From Chloroflexota bacterium (GTDB lineage: Bacteria > Chloroflexota > Limnocylindria > Limnocylindrales > CSP1-4): DNA of 25,040 nucleotides. Position 1 is the stretch's first letter, and every line of letters starts with the position of its first letter. Location of the stretch: NCBI GenBank assembly GCA_027457005.1, contig DAIDTV010000001.1, positions 272 through 25,311 on the forward strand, in the 5' to 3' direction. Positions 1 through 6,833 of this stretch are shown here, one piece after another. The position numbers and the translations under genes are program-made. The notes under the pieces were generated by a model. That model did no database searches. It was not told the origin of the DNA and worked only from the letters and a program-made list of their open reading frames with translations.

Positions 1-788
1 ATGAACGGGCGCAGCCGGTTCGACAGCTCGACCTGCGTCCGCTGTAACGCCGCGAGGCGCTCGTCGTCCGAGCCCTGGACCTCGGCCGGATCGTCGAGCC
101 CCCAGTGCAGGGAGTTGTGCTCGCCCGGGAAGACCGGGCAGGCCTGTCGCGCACGATCGCAGACGGTGATCACGTAGTCGAACGGCTGATCGAGGAACTC
201 CGCGACCGACTTGGACCTGGCGGCCGACCAGTCGATCCCCGCCGCGGCCAGCACGCGCACCGCGAGAGGGTGGACGCCGCGCGGCTCGGTGCCCGCCGAG
301 AAGACCTCGAAGTCCGGGCCCCCGTACGCGCCGAGCATCGCCTCGGCCATCTGGCTGCGCGCGGAGTTCCCGGTGCACACGAACAGCACGCGGACGGGGC
401 GGTCGGACATGGCACGTTCCTCCATGCTGTCCCGGGCACGGCCGGCCGCGGAGACGATCGATTCCAGGTCGGTCAGCTCGGCATCCAGCCGGTCGAGATC
501 GGCGCGGCTGCGCGCCACGGCCGCGCGCTGCTCGGCGATGAGCGGGACCAGGGTCGCGTCCGGCGCCGCCCGCTCGACGCACAGCGCGGCGACGCGTCCG
601 GCTCGCTCCGGCGACAGCCCGAGCCATCGCAGCGCGACCACGAGCCTCAGCCTGGCGAGGTCCGCCTCGCCGTACCGGCGATACCCGTTGGCGGCCCGCG
701 GGGCCGGCGGGAGCACGCCGGCCGACTCGTAGTAGCGCACGGCAGACGGCTCCACGCCTGCCTTCCTCGCGAGCTCCGAGACTCTCAC
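1..788 (-). CDS. MerR-family HTH regulator fused to an ArsC-type (LMW-PTP fold) arsenate reductase domain; 3' end runs off the window
   Basis: Manual translation from GTG at 788: [39 protein letters not shown] (MerR wHTH), a coiled coil, then with no stop [24 protein letters not shown]...[17 protein letters not shown]...HWGLDDP (ArsC P-loop CX5R plus the two resolving Cys). It is absent from the ORF track because its stop lies outside the window. Confidence 0.92.
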   Translation of the reverse strand, partial: MRVSELARKAGVEPSAVRYYESAGVLPPAPRAANGYRRYGEADLARLRLVVALRWLGLSPERAGRVAALCVERAAPDATLVPLIAEQRAAVARSRADLDRLDAELTDLESIVSAAGRARDSMEERAMSDRPVRVLFVCTGNSARSQMAEAMLGAYGGPDFEVFSAGTEPRGVHPLAVRVLAAAGIDWSAARSKSVAEFLDQPFDYVITVCDRARQACPVFPGEHNSLHWGLDDPAEVQGSDDERLAALQRTQVELSNRLRPF

Positions 789-794
789 CAGCCG

Positions 795-825
795 ACCGTA
801 CACCTTCGAGCCACTTGAAGGTCAA
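795..825 (-). promoter_or_regulatory. MerR-type sigma70 promoter (TTGACC-19 bp-TACGGT) with a 21-bp dyad operator
   Basis: Minus strand: -35 TTGACC at 825-820, 19-nt spacer, -10 TACGGT at 800-795, then 6 nt to the GTG start. The dyad ACCTTC-N9-GAAGGT (802-822) fills the spacer, the geometry of CueR-like boxes. Confidence 0.85.
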
Positions 826-832
826 GCAGCGA

Positions 833-904
833 GCCCCACGTTGCGGCTGGGCCCCACCCTGCGGCTGGGCCCCACGTTGCGGCTGAGTGCCACCCTGCAG
901 GCCC
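833..904. repeat. 18-bp tandem repeat (GCCCCAC[G/C][T/C]TGCGGCTG[G/A]), 3 copies plus 1 degenerate
   Basis: Units at 833-850, 851-868 and 869-886; degenerate unit at 887-904. Confidence 0.85.
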
Positions 905-987
905 GGGATCACCCTGCCGGTCGCACTGCGCCTGTGGCGCCGGGCACAGCCGGGCAGATCGGTCGCGTGACGTCGTAGTCTGTGCCG

Positions 988-1593
988 ATGCACGACCACC
1001 AGCACGGACACGAGCCCGCCGGCGGGCATCCGCACGAGGTTTCCGCGGTCTATGCCGAGGCTCTCGGCGGCTACCGGCGCTCGAAGGACCAGACGTTCGC
1101 GCACGACGCCGACAGTCCGCTCCTGCCCGAGGACCGGGCCCACTTCGGCGGCCTGCGGTACTTCGCGCCGGATCTCGGGTACCGGCTCGAGGGGGTGCGC
1201 GCGGAGCCGTATGCCGGCGAGGGCACCCCCGACTTCACGATGCAGACCTCCGATGGGCAGACGCGCCGTGCACGCCGCATCGCCACGCTGCGCTTCGAAC
1301 TCGGTGGCCGGCCGCTCGCGCTCCACGCCTACGGATTCGCGGATTCCGAGGAGGGGTCGCTGTTCATCCCCTTCGCCGACGCGACGAGCGGGCAGGAGAC
1401 GTATGGGGCAGGCAGGTACCTGGACCTGGAACCCGAGGACGATGGAAGCTACACGCTGGACTTCAACCTGGCCTATCACCCGCTGTGTGTCTATTCGCCG
1501 TACTTCTCCTGCCCGCTCCCACCGGCCGAGAACCGGCTCCCGGTCCGCATCGAGGCCGGCGAGATGCTGCCGGAGGGGATCGGCGGGCACTGA
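988..1593 (+). CDS. DUF1684-family protein with His-rich N-terminus
   Basis: Motifs FIPFADATSGQETYGAGRYLD and LDFNLAYHPLCVYSPYFSCPLPPAENRL are typical of DUF1684. ATG 988 is preferred over GTG 982 because it lies 6 nt after TAGTCT (976-981). Confidence 0.88.
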   Translation: MHDHQHGHEPAGGHPHEVSAVYAEALGGYRRSKDQTFAHDADSPLLPEDRAHFGGLRYFAPDLGYRLEGVRAEPYAGEGTPDFTMQTSDGQTRRARRIATLRFELGGRPLALHAYGFADSEEGSLFIPFADATSGQETYGAGRYLDLEPEDDGSYTLDFNLAYHPLCVYSPYFSCPLPPAENRLPVRIEAGEMLPEGIGGH

Positions 1594-1640
1594 CTCGCCC
1601 CGTGCGGCGCCCGGCGACCATCCCCGGGGGCATCGGCCGA

Positions 1641-1697
1641 CCGGCGGGGCCGTTGCCGGCCGGCGGGGCTGTTACCGGCCGGCGGGGCCTTGCGCCG
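1641..1697. repeat. 19-bp tandem repeat x3 (CCGGCGGGGC...)
   Basis: Units at 1641-1659, 1660-1678 and 1679-1697. Confidence 0.8.
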
Positions 1698-1718
1698 ACG
1701 GCGCCGGTGTGGCAACGT
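1690..1718 (+). promoter_or_regulatory. Candidate promoter for the Cys leader/sulfurtransferase transcript
   Basis: TTGCGC (1690-1695), 17-nt spacer containing TGn (1710-1712), CAACGT (1713-1718). The -10 deviates from consensus at its first base. Confidence 0.45.
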
Positions 1719-1728
1719 TCGCGCCCTG

Positions 1729-1791
1729 ATGCACAACGCCTGCATGTGTCCGTGCCGGTATGCGGCCCTCCGTCCACTGGACGGGGCCTGA
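1729..1791 (+). CDS. Cys-rich leader peptide MHNACMCPCRYAALRPLDGA (20 aa)
   Basis: ATG 1729 to TGA 1791 with Cys codons at 1741, 1747 and 1753. It sits upstream of a terminator hairpin and a sulfur-metabolism gene. Confidence 0.7.
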   Translation: MHNACMCPCRYAALRPLDGA

Positions 1792-1831
1792 GGCGGCGCG
1801 TCCACCAGCCGGCGCCGCATCGCGGGCCAGG

Positions 1832-1866
1832 GCCGCAGTCGGAGACGACTGCGGCTTTCGCATTTT
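1832..1866 (+). terminator. Intrinsic terminator (attenuator) hairpin upstream of the sulfurtransferase
   Basis: Perfect 10-bp stem GCCGCAGTCG (1832-1841) / CGACTGCGGC (1846-1855), GAGA (GNRA) loop, followed by TTTCGCATTTT. Confidence 0.8.
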
Positions 1867-1942
1867 CCGGGGCATCGGCGACCCGCAGGGATCGCGGCCC
1901 ATGCCAGCCCGAGGCAGAGCAGCCGGGCACAGGAGGATCAAG

Positions 1943-2788
1943 GTGAGCGTCCCCACCACGTCGGCCGTCCAGGCGCTCGTGTCGCCGGAGTGGGCCAGGG
2001 AACATCTCGACGACCGGACCGTCCGCTTCGTGGAAGTGGACGTGGACACGACCGCGTATCAGCAGGCGCATCTCCCGGGTGCCGTCGCCTGGGACTGGAC
2101 CACCCAGCTCGCCGACGACGTGCGCCGCGACCTCGCGTCGCGGGAGGACTTCTCGGCGTTGCTGAGCCGTTCAGGGATCGGGCCGGACACGCACGTCGTG
2201 CTGTACGGCGACAACAACGACTGGTTCGCCGCGTGGGCGTACTGGCAGCTCAAGCTGTTCGACTGGCGGAAGGTCAGCCTGCTCGACGGCGGGCGGCGGT
2301 ACTGGCTCGACAACGGCTACCCGATCACCACCGACGTCCCCGGTTACCCTGAGACCGGCATCCGGCTTCCCGAGCCCTCGTACGCACTGCGAGCGTTCCG
2401 CGACGACATCCTGCCGAACGTCGGCGGCGGTGCCATCGCGCTGGTCGACGTGCGCTCGCCGGCCGAATTCGAGGGCGAGGTGATCGCGCCTCCCGGCATG
2501 ACCGAGACCGCGCAGCGGGGCGGCCACATCCCGGGCGCCGCGTCGATCCCCTGGTCGCAGGCGGTGGCAGACGACGGCCGCTTCAGGGCCCCGGATGAGC
2601 TGCGCCGGCTCTACGGCTCGAAGGGCATCACGCCCGACCGGGACGTCATCGCCTACTGCCGGATCGGCGAACGCTCGAGCCACACCTGGTTCGTGCTCCA
2701 CGAGCTGCTGGGCTACCCGAAGGTCCGCAACTACGACGGCTCCTGGACCGAGTGGGGTTCGATGGTGGGCGTGCCCATCGAGAAGTAG
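1943..2788 (+). CDS. Two-domain thiosulfate/3-mercaptopyruvate sulfurtransferase (CysA2/SseA-like rhodanese)
   Basis: Motifs FVEVDVDTTAYQQAHLPGAV, VVLYGDNNDWFAA, active-site loop YCRIGERSS and NYDGSWTEWG. SD AGGAGG (1931-1936) lies 6 nt before GTG 1943; the track start at 1760 is too long. Confidence 0.95.
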   Translation: MSVPTTSAVQALVSPEWAREHLDDRTVRFVEVDVDTTAYQQAHLPGAVAWDWTTQLADDVRRDLASREDFSALLSRSGIGPDTHVVLYGDNNDWFAAWAYWQLKLFDWRKVSLLDGGRRYWLDNGYPITTDVPGYPETGIRLPEPSYALRAFRDDILPNVGGGAIALVDVRSPAEFEGEVIAPPGMTETAQRGGHIPGAASIPWSQAVADDGRFRAPDELRRLYGSKGITPDRDVIAYCRIGERSSHTWFVLHELLGYPKVRNYDGSWTEWGSMVGVPIEK

Positions 2789-2796
2789 GGCTGGCG

Positions 2797-2848
2797 GGCT
2801 GCCACCCCCGAACCCACGGGCGTCCCTGGCTGCCACTCCCGAACCCAC
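2797..2848. repeat. Two 21-bp direct repeats GGCTGCCAC[C/T]CCCGAACCCAC, REP-like, between convergent genes
   Basis: Copies at 2797-2817 and 2828-2848, one mismatch, 10-nt spacer. Confidence 0.7.
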
Positions 2849-2893
2849 CGGGGGTGCGGCGGTGGCCGCTGGAACCGACCTCCGATGGCGCGC

Positions 2894-3373
2894 CTACTCC
2901 CAGCGGTGATAGGCGAGATGGCCCGGCCGGACGGCCACGAAGATGCCACGGAAGGTTGCGCACCGCTCCTCGTGTGCCTCGAGCACGGACTCGACCGTGG
3001 CCCGGTCGCCGCTCAGTTCCACCACGCGCGCCCGCAGCGTGACCGGGCCGTCCGTCGGGGTCGGCCGCAGGAGGCGCACCTCGAATGAGGCGGTGACCGT
3101 GGCCGGGACCTGGTCGCTGCCCGCCGCCCGCATCAGGGCCACCGCCGCCGCCCAGTTGCTGTGACAGTCGAGCAACGTGCCGATGACACCGCCGTTGAGC
3201 GCGCCGGGGAACGCCTCGTAGCGGGTCTCGGGCCGCCACTCCGCGACGACCTCGTCACCGCGTTCGAAGCTGCGGAGGTGGAGTCCGGCAGGGTTGGCGG
3301 GCCCACAGCCGTAGCAGACGCTCCGGGGGGCCAGCAGCTCCTGCAGGCTCTGCCTGGCATGCGTCTCGGTCAT
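2894..3373 (-). CDS. PaaI-family (hot-dog fold) thioesterase
   Basis: Motifs CYGCGPANPAGLHL, FPGALNGGVIGTLLDCHS and VTASFEVRLLRPTP. ATG 3373 lies 7 nt after TACACT (3386-3381). Confidence 0.9.
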   Translation of the reverse strand: MTETHARQSLQELLAPRSVCYGCGPANPAGLHLRSFERGDEVVAEWRPETRYEAFPGALNGGVIGTLLDCHSNWAAAVALMRAAGSDQVPATVTASFEVRLLRPTPTDGPVTLRARVVELSGDRATVESVLEAHEERCATFRGIFVAVRPGHLAYHRWE

Positions 3374-3480
3374 GCGCGGCAGTGTACGCGGGGGTCCGCT
3401 CGCGGGACGTGGGCCGGGGCCTCGCGGCCGGAAACGGCGGGGCGGTGGCTGGATCGGCCCGCGTGCAGTACCGTGCACGG

Positions 3481-3960
3481 ATGCAGCGCGCGCTCCCCGA
3501 CCTGGGCCCTCGCGGCGAGGGCTGGGTCGTCCTGCAGGGCATCATCTTCGTAGTGATCTTCGGCGCGGGCTGGATGGGCCCCGCCTGGACCGGGACGCCG
3601 CGGCTGGCGGGCACCGCGCTCGGGATCGCGGCCATCGCGGCGGGCGGATCGCTGGCGCTCCGCGGCGTCATCGACCTCGGGGAGAATCTGACCGCAGTTC
3701 CGCGGCCCAAGGCCCGCGCGCGGCTGGTCGAACGCGGGGCGTACCGGATGGTTCGCCACCCCATCTACGGCGGGCTCGTGCTGGGCGCGATCGGCTGGGG
3801 CCTGGCCATGGCAGCGCCGCTCGCGATCGCGGCCGGGGCGTTGCTCGGCGTGTTCTTCGACCTCAAGTCGCGCCGGGAGGAGGCGTGGCTCACCGACCGC
3901 TACGCGGAGTACCCGGCGTACCGCGCCAGGACGCGCAAGCTGCTGCCCTGGATCTACTGA
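3481..3960 (+). CDS. Isoprenylcysteine carboxylmethyltransferase/PEMT-family membrane methyltransferase
   Basis: Hydrophobic helices plus LVERGAYRMVRHPIYGG and EEAWL...Y..Y...T motifs. ATG 3481 lies 6 nt after TACCGT (3469-3474). Confidence 0.88.
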   Translation: MQRALPDLGPRGEGWVVLQGIIFVVIFGAGWMGPAWTGTPRLAGTALGIAAIAAGGSLALRGVIDLGENLTAVPRPKARARLVERGAYRMVRHPIYGGLVLGAIGWGLAMAAPLAIAAGALLGVFFDLKSRREEAWLTDRYAEYPAYRARTRKLLPWIY

Positions 3961-4898
3961 CCCGTCCCGTAGCTCGCGATCGCCCCCACCATCAGGTCCC
4001 AGAACCGCGGCGCGTCGAGCCTGGTGCCCACCAGGACGTTCTTCGGCAGGTGCAGGACGTCATGCAGGTCCACCACCGTGCGGCCGTACGAGAACTCGGC
4101 GTGGGTCTCGATATCGACGTGAGCGGGCTGCGTCTCGACCAGCGTCGGATCGATCACCCACGCCACCGCGGTGGGATCGTGGAGTGGCGGACCGTCGATG
4201 CCGTGGAGTTCCCGGTAGGTGCCCGCGAAGAAGCGCAGCATCTCCACCGTGAAGTCACCCAGCGGCGTGTGGAGATCGGCGAAGCGCCCGATGATGTCCG
4301 GGGTGGCCCTCGCCTGGTGGGTCAACTCGAGCCCGCACATGGTGATGGGGACGCCACTCTCGAAGACGATGCGGGCGGCCTCGGGGTCGACCAGGATGTT
4401 GAACTCGGCCGAGGGCGTCTGGTTGCCGAACCCCCACGCGCCGCCCATCAGCGAGACGTGCCGGATCTTCGGCAGGATGCGCGGCTCGCGCCGCATCGCG
4501 AGGGCAATGTTGGTGAGCGGCCCGGTGGGAACCAGCATGATGTCGCCGTCGGAGGCCAGCAGCAGCTCGATGATCAGGTCCACGGCGTGACGCGGGTCGA
4601 GCGGCACGTCCGGCTCGCCGGCGAAGGTGGGCCCCTCGAGCCCGGATTCGCCGTGGATGTTCGCGGCGACCCGCTGTGCCCGCACCAGCGGCCGATCGCA
4701 CCCGGCCGCGACAGGCACGCCGCGGATCCCCGCCCGGCTGCAGACGCGCCGAGCGTTCAGGGTGGTCTTGGGCAGGGTCTGGTTGCCGGCCACCGTGGTG
4801 ATCGCGAGCAGGTCGATCGCGGGCGACGCGTTCGCGAGCAGGATGGCCATCGCGTCGTCGTGGCCTGGGTCGCAATCGAGGATGATCTTCTGGGGCAC
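3954..4898 (-). CDS. Inosine-uridine-preferring nucleoside hydrolase (RihA/RihB-like)
   Basis: N-terminal IILDCDPGHDDA Ca-binding motif, NIHGESGL, PTGPLTNIA, AEFNILVDPEAA and PLHDP. SD AAAGGAG lies upstream of the GTG start. Confidence 0.95.
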   Translation of the reverse strand: MPQKIILDCDPGHDDAMAILLANASPAIDLLAITTVAGNQTLPKTTLNARRVCSRAGIRGVPVAAGCDRPLVRAQRVAANIHGESGLEGPTFAGEPDVPLDPRHAVDLIIELLLASDGDIMLVPTGPLTNIALAMRREPRILPKIRHVSLMGGAWGFGNQTPSAEFNILVDPEAARIVFESGVPITMCGLELTHQARATPDIIGRFADLHTPLGDFTVEMLRFFAGTYRELHGIDGPPLHDPTAVAWVIDPTLVETQPAHVDIETHAEFSYGRTVVDLHDVLHLPKNVLVGTRLDAPRFWDLMVGAIASYGTGQ

Positions 4899-5002
4899 GG
4901 GGCCGGCTCCTTTCGCGCGGAGGTGATCGGTCCATCCCGACTCGATCGGCCCATTCTGGGCCCTTGCCGGTCCGACGGCTGCCGGCGTTACGAGGAGCGA
5001 AC

Positions 5003-5995
5003 ATGACGAGGGAGACGGTGGAAGGTCGCGGCCGGACGGAATCCCGACGCCCCGTGCCGGCCGGTGTCGCGTCGGTCCTCCGGGTGGCCCCGGAAGTCGC
5101 CGACGCCCTCCGCCGGGGGCGCCCGGTGGTGGCCCTCGAGTCGACCCTGATCACCCACGGCTTCCCCTACCCGGAGAACCTCTCCATCGCCCGCGGGAGC
5201 GAGAGCGAGGTGCGCGCCGGGGGGGCCGTGCCCGCCACGATCGCGGTCCGCGACGGCAGGCTGCTGATCGGGCTGGAGGACGTCGAGCTCGAGACGCTCG
5301 CGACTGCCGGCGGCGTCGCGAAGGTCGCCCGGCCAACGCTGGCCGCCAGCCTCGCACGAGGAGGCTGGGGGGCCACCACGGTGTCCGCGACGATGATCGC
5401 CGCGCACGCCGCGGGCATCCGGGTCTTTGCCACGGGCGGGATCGGTGGCGTGCACCGGGGAGCGCTGGTGAACGCCGGGGGCGGATCCGGCAGCCTGGAC
5501 ATCTCGGCCGACCTGGACGAGCTGGCCCGCACGCCGGTCGCCGTGGTGAGCGCGGGGCCCAAGCTCATCCTGGACGTTGCGCTGACCGTCGAGGCGCTGG
5601 AGACGCGAGGCGTGCCGCTGCTGACGATCGGCGGTGACGAGGTGCCCGCGTTCTGGGCCCGGCGGAGCGGCGTCCCTTCGCCGCTCGTCGTCGCATCGCC
5701 CGAGGAGGCCGCGCAGATCGCCGGGACGCACCTCGGCCTGGCCCTGGGATCGGGCCTGCTGGTGTGCGTTCCGGTGCCCGCAGGAGACGAGGTGCCGCGC
5801 GAGCAGATCGAGCCGGTGATCGAGCGGGCGGTCGCGGAAGCGGCGGCGGCCGGGATCCACGGCGCAGCGCTGACCCCGTGGCTGCTGGCACGGATCGCCG
5901 ACCTGACGGCCGACGCGTCGGTGCGGGCAAATCTCGCGCTGATCCGCAACAACGCGCGCGTCGCGGCCGGGCTGGCGGCCGCGCTCGCCTCCTGA
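5003..5995 (+). CDS. psuG: Pseudouridine-5'-phosphate glycosidase
   Basis: Motifs PVVALESTLITHGFPYPEN, ATTVSATM, FATGGIGGVHRG, DISADLDEL and AGPKLILD (Schiff-base Lys). SD GAGGAG precedes ATG 5003. Confidence 0.93.
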   Translation: MTRETVEGRGRTESRRPVPAGVASVLRVAPEVADALRRGRPVVALESTLITHGFPYPENLSIARGSESEVRAGGAVPATIAVRDGRLLIGLEDVELETLATAGGVAKVARPTLAASLARGGWGATTVSATMIAAHAAGIRVFATGGIGGVHRGALVNAGGGSGSLDISADLDELARTPVAVVSAGPKLILDVALTVEALETRGVPLLTIGGDEVPAFWARRSGVPSPLVVASPEEAAQIAGTHLGLALGSGLLVCVPVPAGDEVPREQIEPVIERAVAEAAAAGIHGAALTPWLLARIADLTADASVRANLALIRNNARVAAGLAAALAS

Positions 5996-6083
5996 TCCGG
6001 GAACGGGGTCCCGGCGTCCGGCCCGAACACCCGCGGCCGGGATCCGGACGTCGTGGTGGACGCGCCGGCGCTCATGGGGCAGA

Positions 6084-6833
6084 GTGGCACCCGTGATCCG
6101 CGAGGAGACGCCGACCGGCGAGCCGGGACCGCCGACGCCTGAGCCGACGACCCGCACCGGCGATCCGACAGCGCCCACCCGCGATCCGGCAGCGCCCATC
6201 GACGATCCCCCGGGGCGTGAGCCGTCACGTTCTGACCGGGCCGTCGTTCATACGGCCGATGGAGATGCGATCGAGGGTCTCGTGCAGCGCGCCCGCGGTG
6301 GCGACGCGGACGCCTTCGCGAGCCTCTACGACCTGTTCGCCCCGCGGCTGCACCGGTACGTGCGGTTCCGCGTACGCGAGCCGAGCGACGCGGAGGACCT
6401 CGTGCAGCGCGTGTTCGTGAGCGTCCTCGAGGCCCTGCCCCGGTACGAGCAGCGCGGCGTGCCGTTCGCGGCCTGGCTCTTCCGGCTCGCCCACAACGCC
6501 GTGATCGACTTCGCGCGGACCGCCCGGGACCACCGGCCGCTGGACAGCGTCGCGGACAGCCCGACCGACGAGCCCGGCCCCGCCGAGGCCGCGGTCCGCT
6601 CCTCCGAAATGGCCACCCTCGATGCGGCGATCCGCACCCTCACGCCCGACCAGCAGCAGGTCATCGCCTGCCGCTTCTTCGCCGGCCTGAGCTCGGCCGA
6701 GACGGCAAGGGTCCTGGGCAGGCGCGAGATCGCCGTGCGCGCGCTGCAGTTCCGCGCGCTGGGCGCACTCCGGCGCCGGCTCGCCGGTTCGCTCGATCTC
6801 GACCGTCTCCCGCTCGGCGAGGCGTCGGAATGA
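6084..6833 (+). CDS. ECF (sigma-70 group 4) RNA polymerase sigma factor; start uncertain (GTG 6084 or 6093)
   Basis: Region 2 (AFASLY...DAEDLVQRVF...FAAWLFRLAHNAVIDF) and region 4 (LTPDQQQVIACRFFAGLSSAETARVLGR...VRALQFRAL), preceded by a Pro/Thr-rich N-terminal extension. Confidence 0.93.
   Translation: MAPVIREETPTGEPGPPTPEPTTRTGDPTAPTRDPAAPIDDPPGREPSRSDRAVVHTADGDAIEGLVQRARGGDADAFASLYDLFAPRLHRYVRFRVREPSDAEDLVQRVFVSVLEALPRYEQRGVPFAAWLFRLAHNAVIDFARTARDHRPLDSVADSPTDEPGPAEAAVRSSEMATLDAAIRTLTPDQQQVIACRFFAGLSSAETARVLGRREIAVRALQFRALGALRRRLAGSLDLDRLPLGEASE
6161..6208 (+). repeat. 21-bp coding tandem repeat in the sigma-factor N-terminal extension (DPTAPTR/DPAAPID)
   Basis: CGATCCGACAGCGCCCACCCG (6161-6181), CGATCCGGCAGCGCCCATCGA (6182-6202) and a partial third copy. 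Confidence 0.7.

Noticed and set aside
105-818. Plus-strand ORFs 105..818 and 211..732
   Set aside because: Antisense to the motif-supported MerR-ArsC gene; no recognisable domain.
2797-2848. Possible mini-CRISPR
   Set aside because: Only two 21-bp repeats with a 10-nt spacer and no cas genes.
5996-6083. ECF autoregulatory promoter (GAAC...CGTC)
   Set aside because: Spacings between the GAAC and CGTC candidates do not fit the usual ECF geometry.
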